In this document: in pieces, positions 45,768 through 48,347 of the stretch
Numbering within the stretch: position 1 is the first letter of the stretch
How the letters are laid out: every line of letters starts with the position of its first letter
Virus record (IMG/VR): IMGVR_UViG_3300027533_000036
Span: 1-48,347 of that record
From: a virus
Taxonomy: Duplodnaviria > Caudoviricetes
DNA length: 48,347 nucleotides
Strand: one strand, 5' to 3'
Notes under the pieces: generated by a model
What the model saw: the letters and a program-made list of their open reading frames with translations, nothing else
What the model was told of the DNA's origin: nothing
Databases searched by the model: none
Made by a program: the position numbers and the translations under genes

Positions 45768-46091
45768 TTACCTCTGTTTGTAATAAGCCCTACCGCTTAG
45801 TTGTGCCGTGCCGCTCTGGCTGATGATGAATGCGTTCCCGGTCGTGGCGATAAACCACGGCTCGCTGTCGAGATCCAAGACAAACGACCCGCCCGCGGTC
45901 AAAGTAATCGCACCCGTTAGTGCCGTGCTGCCGTCCTTAAACGTCACCGTGGTTGCCGCCGATGCGACAAAGAAGATTTTGAAAACCAAAATACATTGAG
46001 TCGCTACCCCGGCCACAATAGTATTGTCACTCGCGCTGCTGGCGTTAATCACCGCGCCGGTCAGGTCATTTCCTGGTAACGGCGTGCTCAT
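45768..46091 (-). CDS. Small virion beta-sandwich protein
   Basis: 107 aa Thr/Ala/Ser-rich, ATGA-coupled to the Maf-like gene. Confidence 0.55.
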   Translation of the reverse strand: MSTPLPGNDLTGAVINASSASDNTIVAGVATQCILVFKIFFVASAATTVTFKDGSTALTGAITLTAGGSFVLDLDSEPWFIATTGNAFIISQSGTAQLSGRAYYKQR

Positions 46092-46957
46092 CCGCGAATG
46101 TCCTCTTTGCTCATGGCGCTAACCATCGAGTCGCCGTACAGCCTAACCCTATCGAGCAACTCGTCGTCCCGGCCAAACATCGTCAAGGTGAAAAACTGTT
46201 GGGCAAAGGCTAAATAAGCGTGCGTCGTAATGAAATCGCGATCGTCGATCCTGACTGTGATTCGATCATCGGTCGTGCCATTACCTTTAATGCCAGCGGC
46301 GTAGGCTGCTTGGGTCACATGACAATCCATGCCGAAAAAATGCAAATCCTTCATCCCCAAGGCGAGGGCAATCGATAGTGCGCACAAGACGACACTGCCG
46401 CCGCCATTGATCTGCACGCCCTCCAGGTCGCCACATTCGAGAAATACCTGGGTATCGATGCCTTCTTGATGGGTATTGAAAATATAGGTGTCGGCAAACG
46501 CCAATCTCTCAAATACCAAAGGATGACACTGCGAAGCCAGAAGATAAGTCGGCCATAGATCGACGGCTTCTATCGTCGGCGGGAATGAATCGACCACATC
46601 GATATTACTGTCCAAGGCAACGACATAATCAGGCGAGCGCCTTAAATTCTCGAAGCACCAGTCAGTCATGCGATCAATCACCAATACACGGGCGCCACCA
46701 TTCACTAGCTCATCGATCTTTTTGCTATAGCCGCTTACCGACGGCCCGCCGCCAATAATCACCGCGGCATGACCAGCCTCTTTATTGAGTAGTTCCTTAA
46801 TGTTGGGCAAGCCGCGGCGAAAGTTCGCCTTGATATAACTGATGCGATCTTTATCGTCGTATTTGTTCACGAGTCGATAGATCGCCATCGGTCGAAGTTG
46901 AACATTCGGGGGAGCCAGCCTGGCCAGCTCCCCCTCAGTGGGTGCTCGTACAATCAT
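46088..46957 (-). CDS. Maf/DUF115 (MAF_flag10, MptE-like) putative nonulosonic-acid glycosyltransferase
   Basis: AVIIGGGPSV, PDYVVALD, LLASQCHPLVF, GGGSV..ALSIA..LG...LHFFGMDC motifs. Confidence 0.8.
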   Translation of the reverse strand: MIVRAPTEGELARLAPPNVQLRPMAIYRLVNKYDDKDRISYIKANFRRGLPNIKELLNKEAGHAAVIIGGGPSVSGYSKKIDELVNGGARVLVIDRMTDWCFENLRRSPDYVVALDSNIDVVDSFPPTIEAVDLWPTYLLASQCHPLVFERLAFADTYIFNTHQEGIDTQVFLECGDLEGVQINGGGSVVLCALSIALALGMKDLHFFGMDCHVTQAAYAAGIKGNGTTDDRITVRIDDRDFITTHAYLAFAQQFFTLTMFGRDDELLDRVRLYGDSMVSAMSKEDIRG

Positions 46958-46969
46958 GCGACCCTATGA

Positions 46970-47707
46970 CTACAGGTCGCCGGTGGGCATTCTTTCATAC
47001 ACGAGATAAATGTAGCCCGATCCCGCCGTGCTACTCGATGTCGTATTGAAATAAATTATATTGGCACCCGATGTCGCATTCGCCCGTCGATGGAGTTGGC
47101 GGACATTGGTGCCGGTTCCGGGGGCAAGGGCCGTGCCGATCAAGCTCGAACCGGAAACAAGCGCCTCATCGAGCAATGTCACCGGAAAGCCGGTCGTTGC
47201 CACGCTCACGCCTGAAGCGAACGCCCCGTTAGTCGTCGATGTGCCGATCTTCAAGGCGGCGCCCGTACCCACTGTCGTCACGTGCACGTAGCAATCCCGA
47301 ATGAACATTTTCGGGAAAATATCGAAGCCGGTATCGACCACCGCCTCCGATGCGCCGACGACCAGATACGGGATGATGAGTTTTTGACTACCGTTGTTCT
47401 CCGGCCATACGGTAATATGCCCATCGGAAACCGAGACTCCGCGCAAAAAGAAAGAATGCGCTTCCGATGTCAGAACCGTAATATCCACCGAGGTAACACT
47501 AGCGAGGGTCCAAAAACGCATCACGCCATCGGTCATCGTGCCGGGGTTGCTGGCGGCTGTGCCCATGCTGTCCGAGTAGATCGTCGCCTCAACCGGCGTG
47601 CTGGCCGTCAGTACATTAAAAAATCCGCTGTCGTCGTCAATCGCCTTCATCGTGCGACCATCGACAAGCTGGATTCGCCATTCTTGATAATTCGATTTAC
47701 CTGCCAT
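46970..47707 (-). CDS. Head decoration/cement-like protein, Ser/Thr-rich
   Basis: Second gene after the capsid gene; C-terminal AGSGYIYLVY motif. Confidence 0.55.
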   Translation of the reverse strand: MAGKSNYQEWRIQLVDGRTMKAIDDDSGFFNVLTASTPVEATIYSDSMGTAASNPGTMTDGVMRFWTLASVTSVDITVLTSEAHSFFLRGVSVSDGHITVWPENNGSQKLIIPYLVVGASEAVVDTGFDIFPKMFIRDCYVHVTTVGTGAALKIGTSTTNGAFASGVSVATTGFPVTLLDEALVSGSSLIGTALAPGTGTNVRQLHRRANATSGANIIYFNTTSSSTAGSGYIYLVYERMPTGDL

Positions 47708-47719
47708 GCTGATTTCTCC

Positions 47720-48049
47720 TTAAAGTTTAGCGATTCCCCAAACGATGCCGTTAATGACGGAACTCGTTTGGTCTAGGTCGAAATCGGTGCCGTCGGCGAT
47801 GGTCAGGACGTTGCCCGACGCAGTTACCGTTGGACCGATGCCGCCGTCCGATATGCCAGAAGCCCCCGCAGCGCCCACCGAGGTAATCACCCATCCGACG
47901 ATCGTCTGAAGCTGCGAGAAAGTGATCGTTTCCGATGTAGTGGTTCCCGACGGGGTGCATTTGAACGGGATCAAAGGCGCATAAGAGCCGACCACTTCTA
48001 GGCAATTGGCCCGGCTCACGCCGTTCGTTCCTACTGTCGTGTTTGCCAT
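47720..48049 (-). CDS. Small head decoration-like protein, Ser/Thr-rich
   Basis: Directly downstream of the major capsid gene. Confidence 0.55.
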   Translation of the reverse strand: MANTTVGTNGVSRANCLEVVGSYAPLIPFKCTPSGTTTSETITFSQLQTIVGWVITSVGAAGASGISDGGIGPTVTASGNVLTIADGTDFDLDQTSSVINGIVWGIAKL

Positions 48050-48064
48050 AACTAGAAATCCCCC

Positions 48065-48347
48065 TTAGTCGGCCACTGCTGCGGTGAACACATGGACGAT
48101 GCCGTTATCTTCCGGTGTTGGGCGGTCGTAGAGGATCTTCTCAACGCCCCTGATCTCATGGTTCTCATAGGAAACCCGATGGCCGAGATCCTGTTCTTCC
48201 TCGCCGAACTTGGACATTTGCGCCCAGACAACCCCGGCGGCCTGCGCCCCAAGGAACAAGTTGTGCGCATACTGGATCGTTGAGGAGCCCAACTGAATGT
48301 CCTCATACTCGTAAATCAAAGTGCCGTTCCACGAGCCTTTGAACGAT
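48065..48347 (-). CDS. Major capsid protein, 3' part
   Basis: In frame with 1-900 via the terminal repeat; ends EEEQDLGH...RGVEK...DNGIVHVFTAAVAD*. Confidence 0.85.
   Translation of the reverse strand, partial: SFKGSWNGTLIYEYEDIQLGSSTIQYAHNLFLGAQAAGVVWAQMSKFGEEEQDLGHRVSYENHEIRGVEKILYDRPTPEDNGIVHVFTAAVAD
48212..48347. repeat. Terminal direct repeat (right copy)
   Basis: Matches 1-136 with a single mismatch. Confidence 0.95.

Noticed and set aside
1-48347. Alternative genetic code
   Set aside because: Long genes are intact under the standard code and use TAA, TAG and TGA as stops

Overview
The window is an apparently complete, circularly permuted ~48.2 kb tailed-phage genome. Bases 1-136 are repeated at 48212-48347. 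It has podovirus-like (P22/N4-gp56-type) morphogenesis genes. The minus strand carries the late genes: terminase, portal, scaffold, a major capsid gene that spans the contig junction, adaptor, nozzle, ejection proteins, tail fibres and secreted/membrane proteins. Two plus-strand blocks carry early genes: small ORFs, RHH regulators, an SSAP-like recombinase, a DUF1064 nuclease and a DNA methyltransferase. I saw no integrase, polymerase, helicase or canonical endolysin. The most striking feature is a nonulosonic (sialic-like) acid module. NeuB-family synthase, CMP-transferase, class IV aminotransferase and radical SAM/SPASM genes are translationally coupled directly behind terL. A Maf/DUF115-type transferase sits among the head genes. 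Together they suggest a phage-encoded system that glycosylates the virion or host surface with a tailored nonulosonic acid. Other notable signals are a dif-like XerCD site, a sigma54-type early promoter with two upstream palindromes, a ribbon-less duplicate of an Arc repressor, a stand-alone ADP-ribosyltransferase-like virion gene, and a cluster of signal-peptide proteins including a metzincin protease. All family assignments come from motif recognition by eye; no searches were run.
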